A DNA stretch of 64,000 nucleotides from an uncultured Candidatus Bathyarchaeia archaeon (GTDB taxonomy: Archaea; Thermoproteota; Bathyarchaeia; Bathyarchaeales; Bathyarchaeaceae): assembly GCA_964503065.1 (NCBI GenBank), contig CAZCYX010000001.1, forward strand, positions 5,804 through 69,803. The letters run 5' to 3'. Below, piece after piece: positions 1 to 9,773 of the stretch. The notes beneath the pieces are model-generated. The model had not been told where the DNA came from and made no database searches. It was given only the letters and a program-made list of their open reading frames with translations. Position numbers and translations under genes: made by a program. How positions within the stretch are numbered: the stretch's first letter is position 1; the number at the start of each line of letters is the position of its first letter.

Positions 1-1
1 C

Positions 2-316
2 GCTGTAGGATACCCAGACGAGCTCAAAAGAAAAATGCCCTCTGGATTTTCAATAGAAGTATTGGTAACCCGATTAACAGCTGAAACCTTTGAGAGCTTA
101 GGGCGACTTGAACATGTAAAGAGGGTGATCACAACTGACTACGAAGCTGAGACAGAGGGCGAGAAAATTGATCGAATAATAATTAATGTTGACAGCGATA
201 AAGCTGTACCAGAGGTGTTAAACTATATGTCGATGAAGCATTGCCGAGTAGTTTCAGTTAACCTACGGGGACCGACCTTAGAGGACCTTTTCATGTTTTA
301 CACAGGTGAGACATGA
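2..316 (+). CDS. ABC transporter ATP-binding protein, C-terminal fragment (5' end outside window)
   Basis: Frame is open from the window edge. It lies immediately upstream of, and is stop/start-coupled (TGAATG at 314-319) to, two ABC-2 permease genes. No Walker motifs are visible in this tail, so the call rests on context. Confidence 0.45.
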   Translation, partial: AVGYPDELKRKMPSGFSIEVLVTRLTAETFESLGRLEHVKRVITTDYEAETEGEKIDRIIINVDSDKAVPEVLNYMSMKHCRVVSVNLRGPTLEDLFMFYTGET

Positions 317-1132
317 ATGTTCTTTAGAGTTGTATTAGCTGAGGCTGAGAAGAATGTTAAACAGTACTTTTTCACCGCTAGGATATTATTTTGGACCTTG
401 GCTTTACCACTGGGCAATGGGCTCTACTTGTATTTCTTGTATTTACCCTTCGGTACAAAGACTGTTAATCTCGAGTTTAATGCTTCAAGTTTCACGCTTG
501 ACCTCGCAGGTTTTACTTTAATTGGGCAGTTGCTCTACTCTTTCTTTACGATGATGTTGCTTGCGGGAGTAGCCTTTGACACGGAGAGGTGGCAGGGCAC
601 TCTGGAATCGGTTCTGTTGTCTCCAGCCAACCGAATTGCCGTTCTCTTAGGGATGGCTGTCGCAAACACTTTGAACTACATGTGGTTGTTAATGGGGGTG
701 ATGCTCTCATGGGTGGCATTTCTCAACGTAAATGTGTTTATAACTGACTTCTTAGCTCTTTTCGCATCCATTCTCCTTTCCTATCTTTCACTTGTAGCTC
801 TTGGCATGTGTCTCGAAGCTTTCTGCATTCACTCAAGAAGAGCACACATGTATGCGAATATGCTACAAGAACCCATCATGTTTCTTTCAGGTCTAATTTT
901 TCCCCTTCAGTCAATGCCAAAGGCACTCATACCAATTAGTTATTTATTGCCTTTAACATTCGGACTTATTTCTGTCAGACTAACTCTGCTTGGAGGCGCA
1001 TCAATATTCGATGTTGCAGTTCCCCTAGTCACACTCGCCTTCATGGTGATCATCTTTTTCGCCTTGGCAATTTGGCTGATAGGTTATGCTGAGCGTAGCG
1101 CTAAAGTGAAGGCTACGCTGACTCAGTTCTGA
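317..1132 (+). CDS. ABC-2 type transporter permease
   Basis: 271 aa, about 6 predicted TM segments, typical ABC-2 size, coupled to the upstream ATPase tail. Confidence 0.7.
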   Translation: MFFRVVLAEAEKNVKQYFFTARILFWTLALPLGNGLYLYFLYLPFGTKTVNLEFNASSFTLDLAGFTLIGQLLYSFFTMMLLAGVAFDTERWQGTLESVLLSPANRIAVLLGMAVANTLNYMWLLMGVMLSWVAFLNVNVFITDFLALFASILLSYLSLVALGMCLEAFCIHSRRAHMYANMLQEPIMFLSGLIFPLQSMPKALIPISYLLPLTFGLISVRLTLLGGASIFDVAVPLVTLAFMVIIFFALAIWLIGYAERSAKVKATLTQF

Positions 1133-1144
1133 GGTGATTGAGAA

Positions 1145-1972
1145 ATGGCTTTTCACAGTCTCAGAGTTGTCGTCGCTGCAACCAAGTTCAATCTAATTAT
1201 GACATTGCGATTCTTCAGTGGGACAGCCATTGCTTTGCGACTCTTCGCGCCGATAATGACCCTTGGATCAGCGTGGGTGCTATACAACCAAGTTTATCGT
1301 GGTGCGCTGTCACCAGAGTTTGGAAGCGCTGTTGGAAGCTCTGGCTATTTATCCTTCATTACCATAGGCAACGCGTTCTACGTATTCGTTTTTGCTGCTG
1401 CTTTTGTGGTTGGCCGGGTCATGTTTTGGGAGCGTGCAACAGGCACAATTGAAGCAACATTCATGACCCCAATGAATCGTTTAGCTTACATGGCGGGAGT
1501 TATGGTGGCTGCGGCAGTAAACTCCCTTATCGATTTTACCGCAGTCTTTCTAATAGGCATACTCTTCGGCTTCCAAGTAACTTCCTTCAACGCTCTTTTA
1601 TTCTTCTCTAGCATGTTGCTTACAGCTTTAGCTCTATTTGGAGTCGGTTTGATTGTCAATGCAATAACGCTGACTTTCAGAGACAGAACCACAACAGCCA
1701 ACACATTAATGATATTGTTCTTAGTTTTCAGTGGACTAGTCTGTCCAATAGAGCTCATGCCTCAATGGGCTCAAATAATCTCAAAAATTTTGCCGTTAAC
1801 TTACGGGCTTAAGGTAATGCGTGCCTCCTTGCTTGGAATTGCAACTTCTGATGCAATATCTGATTTAGTTTTTCTCTCCATTATGGGAGTCGTCTACATT
1901 GGGATAGGCGCCCTAACGCTGAAGTTGATAGAAAGGAATCTCAAGAAAAACGCGTTGTTCTCCGTCTTCTAA
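1145..1972 (+). CDS. ABC-2 type transporter permease (second paralog)
   Basis: 275 aa multi-TM protein with the same architecture as the preceding gene. A T7 run at 1990-1996 follows the stop. Confidence 0.7.
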   Translation: MAFHSLRVVVAATKFNLIMTLRFFSGTAIALRLFAPIMTLGSAWVLYNQVYRGALSPEFGSAVGSSGYLSFITIGNAFYVFVFAAAFVVGRVMFWERATGTIEATFMTPMNRLAYMAGVMVAAAVNSLIDFTAVFLIGILFGFQVTSFNALLFFSSMLLTALALFGVGLIVNAITLTFRDRTTTANTLMILFLVFSGLVCPIELMPQWAQIISKILPLTYGLKVMRASLLGIATSDAISDLVFLSIMGVVYIGIGALTLKLIERNLKKNALFSVF

Positions 1973-2031
1973 CATTCAAGTGCGCGCTGTTTTTTTATGT
2001 ATCGAAAGGCTCACGATAAAATGCTTCTGTA

Positions 2032-2916
2032 TTAGTAGCGAGCGCTGGCCAATTGTTGCAGTATTATACCACCTATAACGAAGATCAACCCAACTATTGT
2101 TGAAAATAGGATTCTTTCTCTGACTAGGAAATGAATTGCAACCAGCGATAAAAATGGAACTACATAGATGAAGTGGCTAACTTGCGCAGTTGTCTTGGAT
2201 GATTTTAAGGCTTTTAGCCAGATCACAAAAGTAATTCCCATTTCAAATAAACCAATGTAAACTACCCCAAGAAGGCCAGTGGTGTCAGGTATTGTTATTT
2301 TTGAAAAAAGCAAGCTCGAAATCAATATAAAAACGAATCCAAATGTAAAATTCAAGAATAATTTAGCAACTTCATCACGTTTATCTTTGATATTGTAAAT
2401 CCAAAATAAGGCCCAGATTATTGCACTGCTCAATCCCAATGCCACACCCGTTAAATTGCTGAAACTGAAACCTAGAATATCGCCTTGAGTTGAAGTAATG
2501 AGAACACCAACAAAGCTGATGAATACTGCAAAAATGCTCTTGACTCCTATTTTTTGTTTAAGTATAGGAATCGATAAGAAAACAACCATGATAGGCCAAG
2601 TATAGTTTAATGTCTGAGCTTCTTGAGCAGGAAGTAACGAGTAGGCTTTGAACAGAACCACATAATAAAGAAAGGGATTCAGAAATCCAAGCAGTGCAGA
2701 ATACAAGTAATCTCTTTTTGAATACGTTTTAAGCAAGATTAGCTTATTCTGGATTAGTAGAACAACAAAAAAGAGGCTAATCGAAACGATTGAGGCGTAA
2801 AACAACATTTGGAGAAAATCCAAATATCTTAACGAAATTTTGAAAGCAGAGGCAACTGTTGACCAGATCAATACGGAGATAATTGCGTAAACATAACCTC
2901 GATGTAGTTTTTCCAT
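2032..2916 (-). CDS. EamA/DMT family transporter
   Basis: 294 aa, about 10 TM segments in two similar halves, typical of the drug/metabolite transporter superfamily. Confidence 0.75.
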   Translation of the reverse strand: MEKLHRGYVYAIISVLIWSTVASAFKISLRYLDFLQMLFYASIVSISLFFVVLLIQNKLILLKTYSKRDYLYSALLGFLNPFLYYVVLFKAYSLLPAQEAQTLNYTWPIMVVFLSIPILKQKIGVKSIFAVFISFVGVLITSTQGDILGFSFSNLTGVALGLSSAIIWALFWIYNIKDKRDEVAKLFLNFTFGFVFILISSLLFSKITIPDTTGLLGVVYIGLFEMGITFVIWLKALKSSKTTAQVSHFIYVVPFLSLVAIHFLVRERILFSTIVGLIFVIGGIILQQLASARY

Positions 2917-2980
2917 GAAGAAACGTTAAATTTCCAGAATATATCAATTATCGTGTGTACACACAGTTGTTCTCGGAAGA

Positions 2981-3415
2981 TCAAGTCATCTCTTTCTCGG
3001 TCATTGTTGCTATTTCGACAGCAATCTCAATATTCTTTTCCAGTTCATCCATCTCTGGTGAGACATTTCTGTAATACTCTATTGCTCCTCTGTCTCTAGT
3101 TCTTAGCAGAATTAGATTTGTAGGATAGAAGTAATGGCCCAATACATCTTTGCTTCGTAAGGATTCTTCCTGTGAGCCAGATAGTTGCCTAACATGTATC
3201 CGAGTGAAGACCACTTTACTCTCATACTTTTTCGTTGTAATTCTTGCCAGTTCCTTAAGTTTTGGCTTCTGTCTTTCACATGCGGGACATCCGTCTCTAG
3301 TAATAGCAACAACATAGACTTTACCAATGTCAGGGGCCAAGTGGTCTAAGAGAGGTTTACTTGTTTCCGAAATCTCCTTTTCAAGTTTGGCGAACTCTAT
3401 CTTGTTAATCAGCAT
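2981..3415 (-). CDS. thioredoxin-fold protein
   Basis: CPAC redox motif (DGCPACERQ) in a protein of about 140 aa. Confidence 0.5.
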   Translation of the reverse strand: MLINKIEFAKLEKEISETSKPLLDHLAPDIGKVYVVAITRDGCPACERQKPKLKELARITTKKYESKVVFTRIHVRQLSGSQEESLRSKDVLGHYFYPTNLILLRTRDRGAIEYYRNVSPEMDELEKNIEIAVEIATMTEKEMT

Positions 3416-3523
3416 AAAATTCTATCAGCGAGAAAGGATATTTAAGCAATCGCTATTGTTTTTTCTCGTTGTGCATACGCACAAATAATGAACTATTTTA
3501 AATGCGGTGTTGAAAATTAGGGT

Positions 3524-4243
3524 ATGCAAATAGAAAGAGCATTAAAAAATCTTAGAGCAAACAATTTTACTGTTCATTTTGCAAAGAGCAGCGAAGTTAC
3601 TAGAGAAGCTATTCTAAACATGATTTCAAAAGATGCTGTAGTTGGAGTTGGAGATTCTGCAACTATTCGACAGATTGGAATTCTAAGAGTGTTAGAAAAG
3701 AGAGGAACAAGGATTCTGAACCCTTTCTCTCGAAAGTTGACAATTGATCCAAGCAAGCGTGAAACACGTAACAGAATATCAAAAGAGATCTTCATGTGTG
3801 ACGTACTTATCACTGGAACCAACGCAATTACCACAGATGGAAAACTTGTTAACATAGATGCTGTTGGCAATCGTGTTGCTGCAATGATTTTTGGACCAAA
3901 GAAAGTTATCATCGTTGTAGGCAGAAACAAGATAGTGAAAGATGTTAAAACGGCTCTTCATCGTATAAAGAACGTTATAGCACCTTATCACGCAAAAACC
4001 AAAGATTTTGGAACACCCTGTGCCCAAACTGGCAAGTGTAGCGACTGCAGTTCAAATCGTAGAATTTGCAATGTGACCACTATTATGGAGAAAAGACCTT
4101 GGCGAACTGACATAACAATTATTCTTATCGACGAGGATTTAGGACTAAGTTGGGATGAAAAATGGTCAACAGAACGCATTGACCAGATAAAATCAAACTA
4201 TGAAAAAGTCACATGGGTTTTCACTAGTTCTTACACAAACTAA
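3524..4243 (+). CDS. LUD (lactate utilisation / DUF162-like) domain protein
   Basis: Size and N-terminal pattern (VGVGDSATI..., ITGTNAITTDGKLVN) resemble the LUD/YkgG family, with a C-terminal Cys cluster CSDCSSNRRIC. Confidence 0.5.
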   Translation: MQIERALKNLRANNFTVHFAKSSEVTREAILNMISKDAVVGVGDSATIRQIGILRVLEKRGTRILNPFSRKLTIDPSKRETRNRISKEIFMCDVLITGTNAITTDGKLVNIDAVGNRVAAMIFGPKKVIIVVGRNKIVKDVKTALHRIKNVIAPYHAKTKDFGTPCAQTGKCSDCSSNRRICNVTTIMEKRPWRTDITIILIDEDLGLSWDEKWSTERIDQIKSNYEKVTWVFTSSYTN

Positions 4244-4323
4244 ACTGTCATATATGCATACAGTAAAAAATTAGAAGTTTATAAAAATTTAACCTGATTA
4301 TAACTTTACTGAATCTAAAGTGC

Positions 4324-5136
4324 GTGTGCAAGGGATTGTTGCAGATAAGAAAGGTCGCGTCAAAGAGCTCACTCATGGCGTGTAGAAGATTTTTAGCACA
4401 AGATCCGATTGCTAATGTTTTACCACTAGGGGATCTCTATTCGCCCCTTTTTCAGGTAAGCGATATCTACAGTGCTGTCAGAAGCAGCAAAGTTGTTGGT
4501 GTATGTGCTATTTACCGTGCGTTCTCAACGCCGAGCATAGTTTTCGGAACTGCCACGCAAAAGATTAAACAGGTTCTCATCAAGAAAGCGGTAAGTGAAA
4601 TCTCAAGCGAATTCATTTCACTTTGCGAACCAAGTGATGTCGCTTTGTTCAAGGAATATTCAACTATTTTGCACTCTCACCTAGAACAACAGATGATCGC
4701 TGATCCTCCAAAAAAGATTGAATGTAGTGACATTAAAGTTGAGAAAGTTGGCAAGAAGGAGCTGGAATTGCTGAACAGGTTTTATACTGATCATCATGCT
4801 GAGGCATGGGTTCCACTACAGTTTAAAGCTGGGCCATACTATTGTGTAAAGCACGAGGGTAAGATAGTTAGCGTCGCTGGGGTTCACTTGGTTACGCCTA
4901 AAATTGCTCAACTTGGGAACATCATTACAGATGAAGCTTATCGAAATCGTGGGTTCGCGACAGCATGCACAAATAGGTTAGCAGCAGATTTAGCTTCCAA
5001 GGGACGAATTATAAGTTTGTTCGTGAGGGTGGACAATGCACCTGCCATTCACGTGTATGAGAAGTTAGGTTTTTACAAAGAACGGGAGATCATGTTTCTG
5101 GTCATGCGAAAGAATGGCATATTATGGCGTTCGTAA
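4324..5136 (+). CDS. GNAT family N-acetyltransferase
   Basis: C-terminal acetyl-CoA binding signature (YRNRGFATACTNRLAADL) and a GNAT beta-bulge region (VRVDNAPAIHVYEKLGF). Confidence 0.65.
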   Translation: MCKGLLQIRKVASKSSLMACRRFLAQDPIANVLPLGDLYSPLFQVSDIYSAVRSSKVVGVCAIYRAFSTPSIVFGTATQKIKQVLIKKAVSEISSEFISLCEPSDVALFKEYSTILHSHLEQQMIADPPKKIECSDIKVEKVGKKELELLNRFYTDHHAEAWVPLQFKAGPYYCVKHEGKIVSVAGVHLVTPKIAQLGNIITDEAYRNRGFATACTNRLAADLASKGRIISLFVRVDNAPAIHVYEKLGFYKEREIMFLVMRKNGILWRS

Positions 5137-5172
5137 ACTGAACCGCGCGCGCATATTTCTGCCGTTCTTCTT

Positions 5173-6429
5173 TTAAGGGATTAGTGTGAGTGCTAGTCCA
5201 GTGGTTAATGGTATTGTTAGGTTGTCATCTATTGGAAGAGGAAGAAGTTCCACGAGTATTCCTATGGCAGCACTTATGAGCGCTTTTGTAGGATTTACAA
5301 ATAGGAGGGCTCCTAAAAAAGCAAATATGAAGCCGAAGGCTGAGCCTTCCACAGTCTTTCCCTTATTAAACGGGAGAACGGTTCTTCCTAAGGTTTTTCC
5401 GAAAATGGTGGCGAAACCGTCCCCCAGAGTGAGTATTGCAACAAGCACATAGCTGATGGGGGGATCGAAAAGCATGAGTGAAAGTATTATGCCTAAAGCA
5501 AAGAAGACTGGGGCTGTTGCGATTTCATAGAGTTCTGGTTTTATAGCGGTTTTCCAGGTTATGGTTGATGTTATGGGTAGGTTTATGCCTCTTATTCTTA
5601 GGAATTCCGATGTGATGTAAAGCACAGTGATGAGGAGTATTATGAATGAGACGATCTGGGGGTCGAGAAGGTACATACAAACGAAAGGAATTGAAAAACT
5701 TCCTATGTGGATTGTTTCGCGAAGCATCTCGTTTTTAGAGAGAGTTGAACGAGGTTTTTTAGGTGTGTCTTCAGTTAGGATTGGTAGCATTTCTGTGAGG
5801 TCTCCTTTGATGACGAAGTCAGATTTGGCGCTTACTAGGAAGTCTGGGTTGTAGCCAACTTTTATGTTGGAGAGGGGAAACATTGGCAAGTTGTTTCGGT
5901 CATCAACGATTATTGTGCAGTCTTTGGGTGACAAATTAGTGTCTTGGAGTATCTTCTTTAGGACTAGTGCTTTGCCGTCTGGTTTTATGACATCGCCCCA
6001 AATCTTGCCTGTTAAGCGACCGTTGACTGTTTCCAATTCTAGACCGAAGGCATAGTCCGCTTTTAGTGTGGTTGCTAAGTGTTGAATGAAGGGTGTTGGT
6101 AGTCCGGAACTGATGAGGGCTGTTGTGTGGCCTGTTTCTTTTAGTTTTTTGAAGAGTTCTTTTGCGTTTGGCATTAGGGGGACTTTTTTGTAGAGTTGGA
6201 AGAGGTCGTTGATTTTGAATCCTTTTAGAAGTTTGAAGATTTTTTTGAGGGCGGATCCGAGGGGTATCAGTCCTGTTTCGTATAATGTGCCGTAGAGAAG
6301 GATTTTGAGGAATCCGAGGGTGCCTAGTTTTCTTGCGGCTTCAAAGAGGAGGTAGCGTCTTTTGGGTATTAGTACGCCTTCGATGTCGAAGACGATTAAA
6401 CGTTTGTGTTTGGGTTTTGTGGTGGTCAA
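5173..6429 (-). CDS. fusion protein: HAD (SerB-like) phosphatase domain + polytopic CTP-transferase/dolichol-kinase-like membrane domain
   Basis: N-terminal HAD motif I (VFDIEGVL) and motif III region (IVDDRNN). The C-terminal ~190 aa are multi-TM with GDGFATIFGKTLGR, typical of the CdsA/dolichol kinase superfamily. TTG start. Confidence 0.55.
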   Translation of the reverse strand: MTTTKPKHKRLIVFDIEGVLIPKRRYLLFEAARKLGTLGFLKILLYGTLYETGLIPLGSALKKIFKLLKGFKINDLFQLYKKVPLMPNAKELFKKLKETGHTTALISSGLPTPFIQHLATTLKADYAFGLELETVNGRLTGKIWGDVIKPDGKALVLKKILQDTNLSPKDCTIIVDDRNNLPMFPLSNIKVGYNPDFLVSAKSDFVIKGDLTEMLPILTEDTPKKPRSTLSKNEMLRETIHIGSFSIPFVCMYLLDPQIVSFIILLITVLYITSEFLRIRGINLPITSTITWKTAIKPELYEIATAPVFFALGIILSLMLFDPPISYVLVAILTLGDGFATIFGKTLGRTVLPFNKGKTVEGSAFGFIFAFLGALLFVNPTKALISAAIGILVELLPLPIDDNLTIPLTTGLALTLIP

Positions 6430-6465
6430 TGGTGCTCCTCTTTTAGGAGAGTTTCTTTTCTTGAT

Positions 6466-6515
6466 TATAGTTTTTGTGTGTGCGTGTGTGAGGGTACCTC
6501 TCTAGAGGGGGGAGC
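6466..6515 (+). repeat. copy A of a conserved intergenic element (GT/GC alternating tract + ACCTCTCTAGAGGGGGG dyad/G-string)
   Basis: Sequence tttttgtgtgtgcgtgtgtgagggtacctctctagaggggggagc aligns with copies at 18296-18350 and 55270-55317, all in the same orientation. Confidence 0.8.
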
Positions 6516-6893
6516 TTAAAAAAAGAGAGAATTATTGTTATGGGAAAGATTATCCAGATCTCAAACAGATTGATTAATATGATCAAAGAAGCTGCAAGCA
6601 CTTCCAAAAATAACTGAAGGAGATAAGTCTGGTGTGCCCAAAGCGATCAGCAAGTAGGTCACTTGGAACTGAAAAAACCAGTGAGAAGCTCGAGGAATAG
6701 ATAAGATAAAACTTGCAATGAGAACAGATAATCCATATTCATTAATCAAATTCGGTAGAAGAGCAAGAGGAAGATTTGAATAACATGAAGCAATGTATGG
6801 GAAGTGCATAAGAAAAGCAGTCTACGTTTGAAATCCTGCTTAACCACAAATCCACCACAGCTGCGCGCGCATAATCCTCTATAGAGAGTCTCG

Positions 6894-9614
6894 CTAGGGG
6901 TACGTTTCTCCGTAGTGGCTGGCTACGAGGGCTATGTCTCTTATGTTGATTTTGCCGTCTGGCACGCCTATTGTGGGGCCTGTTAGGTCGCAGTTGGGCT
7001 CGTATCTGGGATCTGGATAAATTACGCCGAAGAGATTGGCCACTACTGCAATGTCTTTTATGTTGACTTTTCCATCTGGTATAAAATCCCAGACGTTCGG
7101 GGTCCCACCAGTTATGTCTCCCATCATTGCCACAATGATCCAGCCGTCAATGAAGGTGTTGTCCGTTGTGTTCGTCTCGTCTGGTAGCATAGTTGCATTA
7201 GCAGATATGGTGTAGTTGCCCTTAGCAAAGCCGGTGGTATCCCATGTGAAAGTTATGGTTATGCCAATGCCGCTTTCAATGGTGACGGAGCGTGATGCAA
7301 TTGAGTTGGCGTTGAGATGGATGGTGACATTGAAGGTTTCTGTATAGCTGCCGATGTTCATGGCGGTTACCCTAATGGTTGAAGAGTACCCTTGTCCAAC
7401 AACGGTTTTTGAGGTAACGTCCTTAATGGCGACATCGTGCCCTGGACTTAATTGTCTAAATATTGTGTGCAGAGTGTGATTTGTGTTCATTGTAATATTT
7501 ACTGGGTTAGGTATCCCTATGTTGACACTGTCGAGTTCCCAGTGGTCAAGATAGTAGCCAGTGTTTGGTAGGGCGGTGATGCTAGCCATTGTTCCCGACC
7601 AGTAGGTGTGTGTGCCAGGTGTGGGGTTGGTGGTTCCTCCGTCGGTCGTTGTGACGGTCAATGTATATTGTATCCGCGCAAAGGAAGCCTTCAATGTGCG
7701 GTCCGTGTTCATTGCCACCGTTATTGGGTTGTTTGTGTAGTTGTTGCCGTCAAGCTCCCAGTGATCAAAGTAGTAGTGAGTATTTGGGGTGGCTGTTACT
7801 GTGACTAGAGTTCCAGCCGTATGTGTGTAGGTTCCTGATGTTGGATTGGTTCTTCCTCCATTTGTGGCTGTGATGGTCAAAGTGTAGGTTGCGGTGAAGA
7901 CTGCATGTAACGTATGATTTGCGTTCATTGTTACTTTCATAGGGATAGTGGTTCCGATGTTGACACCATCGAGTTCCCAGTGGTCAAACAGGTAGCCAGC
8001 GCTTGGAGTGGCATTGACGGGAATGTTTTGTCCCTTCGAATGCGTGTAATTTCCAGGTGCAGGATTGGTTGTGCCGCCAGCGGTGGCCGTGATTGTTAAT
8101 ATGTACTTGGGCAGAGGAGGGTTTCCATAGGGGCTCATGAGGGGATAACGGTCTCGATTGCGCTCGTTAATAACATAGGGTGAATCGCCAATCCCATCAT
8201 CGTCTGCGTCCCATCCCAAATAGTCACTCCAGTAGTTTCCTCCAGAATGATAACCATCATCCCAGTCGTTCGAACCGATTGGTATCTGAATATGTATCTG
8301 CTTCGAGTTATTAATGAAATTGTTGTGAAATATTCTGTTGCCTATGACCCATTCAGTCGCCATCCACATACCCGCACTGTTCTGAATAATGTCATTTTCC
8401 TCAATAGTACAATCGGAACATACACCAGCAACCATTATACCATATAACGTATTGCTATTTATGTCATTTCCAACTATCTCAATCCCGCTTGAATCGTCGA
8501 CCCCTATTCCCATCGTATTGTTTGTTAATATATTGTTCTTCAACACCTCCCACATCGTATCTTCTAGGTAAATACCCGCAGCAGCACCAGCAACTGCAAG
8601 CCCAGTATTGTTTATGGCGACATTATTCATTAGAAGATTGTGGGATGAGTCAACTAGCTGGAAGCCGCCTTCTGCGTTGCAACTGACGTTGTTCCCAACT
8701 AGAATGTTATGCTCTGCAGCGTCTAAAAGTGGACCGTACATGTTGTACGTGGCTGTAACATCTCTCAACTCACAATCCGTCGAAAAGGCAATTGTTACCG
8801 CGTAAACGTTGCCAGTAACCGTTAAGTGTTCAACCTTTATTCCTGTGGAATTTACGATGTAGACGCAACCCACATCTGAGGGGATTGTCTCATCATGTCG
8901 ATTAATCCAGTAGTAGAGGGGTTTTCCGTTTATTGTATTCGAACTGTCAATGTCATGAAGGTAATAAGACAACGCGTAATGACCAATCTCAATGCTGTAC
9001 TTGTTGCCAACCATAATATTATCTCTCAGTGTATTCCCAGTTCCCCATTGCATATCGATAGCCACAAAATTGTCTATGATTTCATTGTTAGACAAGACGT
9101 TATAACTTGAAAACCACAAAAAAATACCGCATACGTTATTGTTCATCGCGGTGTTGTCCTTAAGGAAGTTGTATTGTGAGTCCGATATTCTGATACCATA
9201 TTCGCAGCTTGCAAGAACGTTGTTGGTTAGTGTAATGCTGCTAGAGTCGTATAACCAAATACCATATTCGAAATTCGAAATGTACATGTTTGCAACTGTT
9301 ACGCTGCTTCTTTCAGTAAGATCGATTCCCATTATGCTTCCGACAGTTCCTTGAAGCGCATAACCGTCTCCATCTATCGTTATACTGTCCTTTTCCACCA
9401 CTATTGTCTCATTAATGTCATCTGTGAAAATGTAGACATCACCAGTCCGTTGGATGGGCGCGCTTATAGGATCAACTGAACCGTCAGCTCTGATGTAGAT
9501 CGTTCCAACCGCTATAGCTGATTTGATGTTAAATGCCAATACTAACGTACCTATTAGAAGTAATGTCAGCATTATTCCAGAAACTGCTTTTCCATTCGTT
9601 TCTCCTTTCTCCAT
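6894..9614 (-). CDS. secreted multidomain protein: signal/TM anchor, right-handed beta-helix (PbH1/NosD-like), 3 tandem InlB-B-repeat-like domains, CARDB-like domain, C-terminal dockerin-like module
   Basis: N-terminal hydrophobic segment. Repeated N..I...N beta-helix rungs. Three ~75-aa repeats (Y.LT.T...GGTTNP.PG.YTH...FDHWELDG). C-terminal duplicated PDGK(V/I)NI(K/R)DIA motif. Confidence 0.8.
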   Translation of the reverse strand: MEKGETNGKAVSGIMLTLLLIGTLVLAFNIKSAIAVGTIYIRADGSVDPISAPIQRTGDVYIFTDDINETIVVEKDSITIDGDGYALQGTVGSIMGIDLTERSSVTVANMYISNFEYGIWLYDSSSITLTNNVLASCEYGIRISDSQYNFLKDNTAMNNNVCGIFLWFSSYNVLSNNEIIDNFVAIDMQWGTGNTLRDNIMVGNKYSIEIGHYALSYYLHDIDSSNTINGKPLYYWINRHDETIPSDVGCVYIVNSTGIKVEHLTVTGNVYAVTIAFSTDCELRDVTATYNMYGPLLDAAEHNILVGNNVSCNAEGGFQLVDSSHNLLMNNVAINNTGLAVAGAAAGIYLEDTMWEVLKNNILTNNTMGIGVDDSSGIEIVGNDINSNTLYGIMVAGVCSDCTIEENDIIQNSAGMWMATEWVIGNRIFHNNFINNSKQIHIQIPIGSNDWDDGYHSGGNYWSDYLGWDADDDGIGDSPYVINERNRDRYPLMSPYGNPPLPKYILTITATAGGTTNPAPGNYTHSKGQNIPVNATPSAGYLFDHWELDGVNIGTTIPMKVTMNANHTLHAVFTATYTLTITATNGGRTNPTSGTYTHTAGTLVTVTATPNTHYYFDHWELDGNNYTNNPITVAMNTDRTLKASFARIQYTLTVTTTDGGTTNPTPGTHTYWSGTMASITALPNTGYYLDHWELDSVNIGIPNPVNITMNTNHTLHTIFRQLSPGHDVAIKDVTSKTVVGQGYSSTIRVTAMNIGSYTETFNVTIHLNANSIASRSVTIESGIGITITFTWDTTGFAKGNYTISANATMLPDETNTTDNTFIDGWIIVAMMGDITGGTPNVWDFIPDGKVNIKDIAVVANLFGVIYPDPRYEPNCDLTGPTIGVPDGKINIRDIALVASHYGETYP
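7455..8110 (-). repeat. three tandem ~225-nt coding repeats (B-repeat-like domains) inside the 906-aa gene
   Basis: Protein-level repeats KYILTITATAGGTTNP..., TYTLTITATNGGRTNP... and QYTLTVTTTDGGTTNP... each end in HTL.A.F. Confidence 0.75.
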
Positions 9615-9773
9615 TCTACAAATATATAATTCATGTATTTAAGCCTTCCAAATATTCCATAAACGATTTCTAAGTACATCATCTATAGAATCGACTTGAA
9701 TTTCTGTTCTGACCCTTTTTAAACCCTTTCCGTGAGAGAACAAATTTTTTTCTCTTTAAGAAGTGTTTACTGC

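Noticed and set aside
6561-6809. The 82-aa minus-strand ORF between the 906-aa gene and element copy A.
   Set aside because: It is hydrophobic but has no motif, its start is uncertain, and it sits in a region that may be the 3' UTR or terminator of the upstream gene. It is left uncalled.
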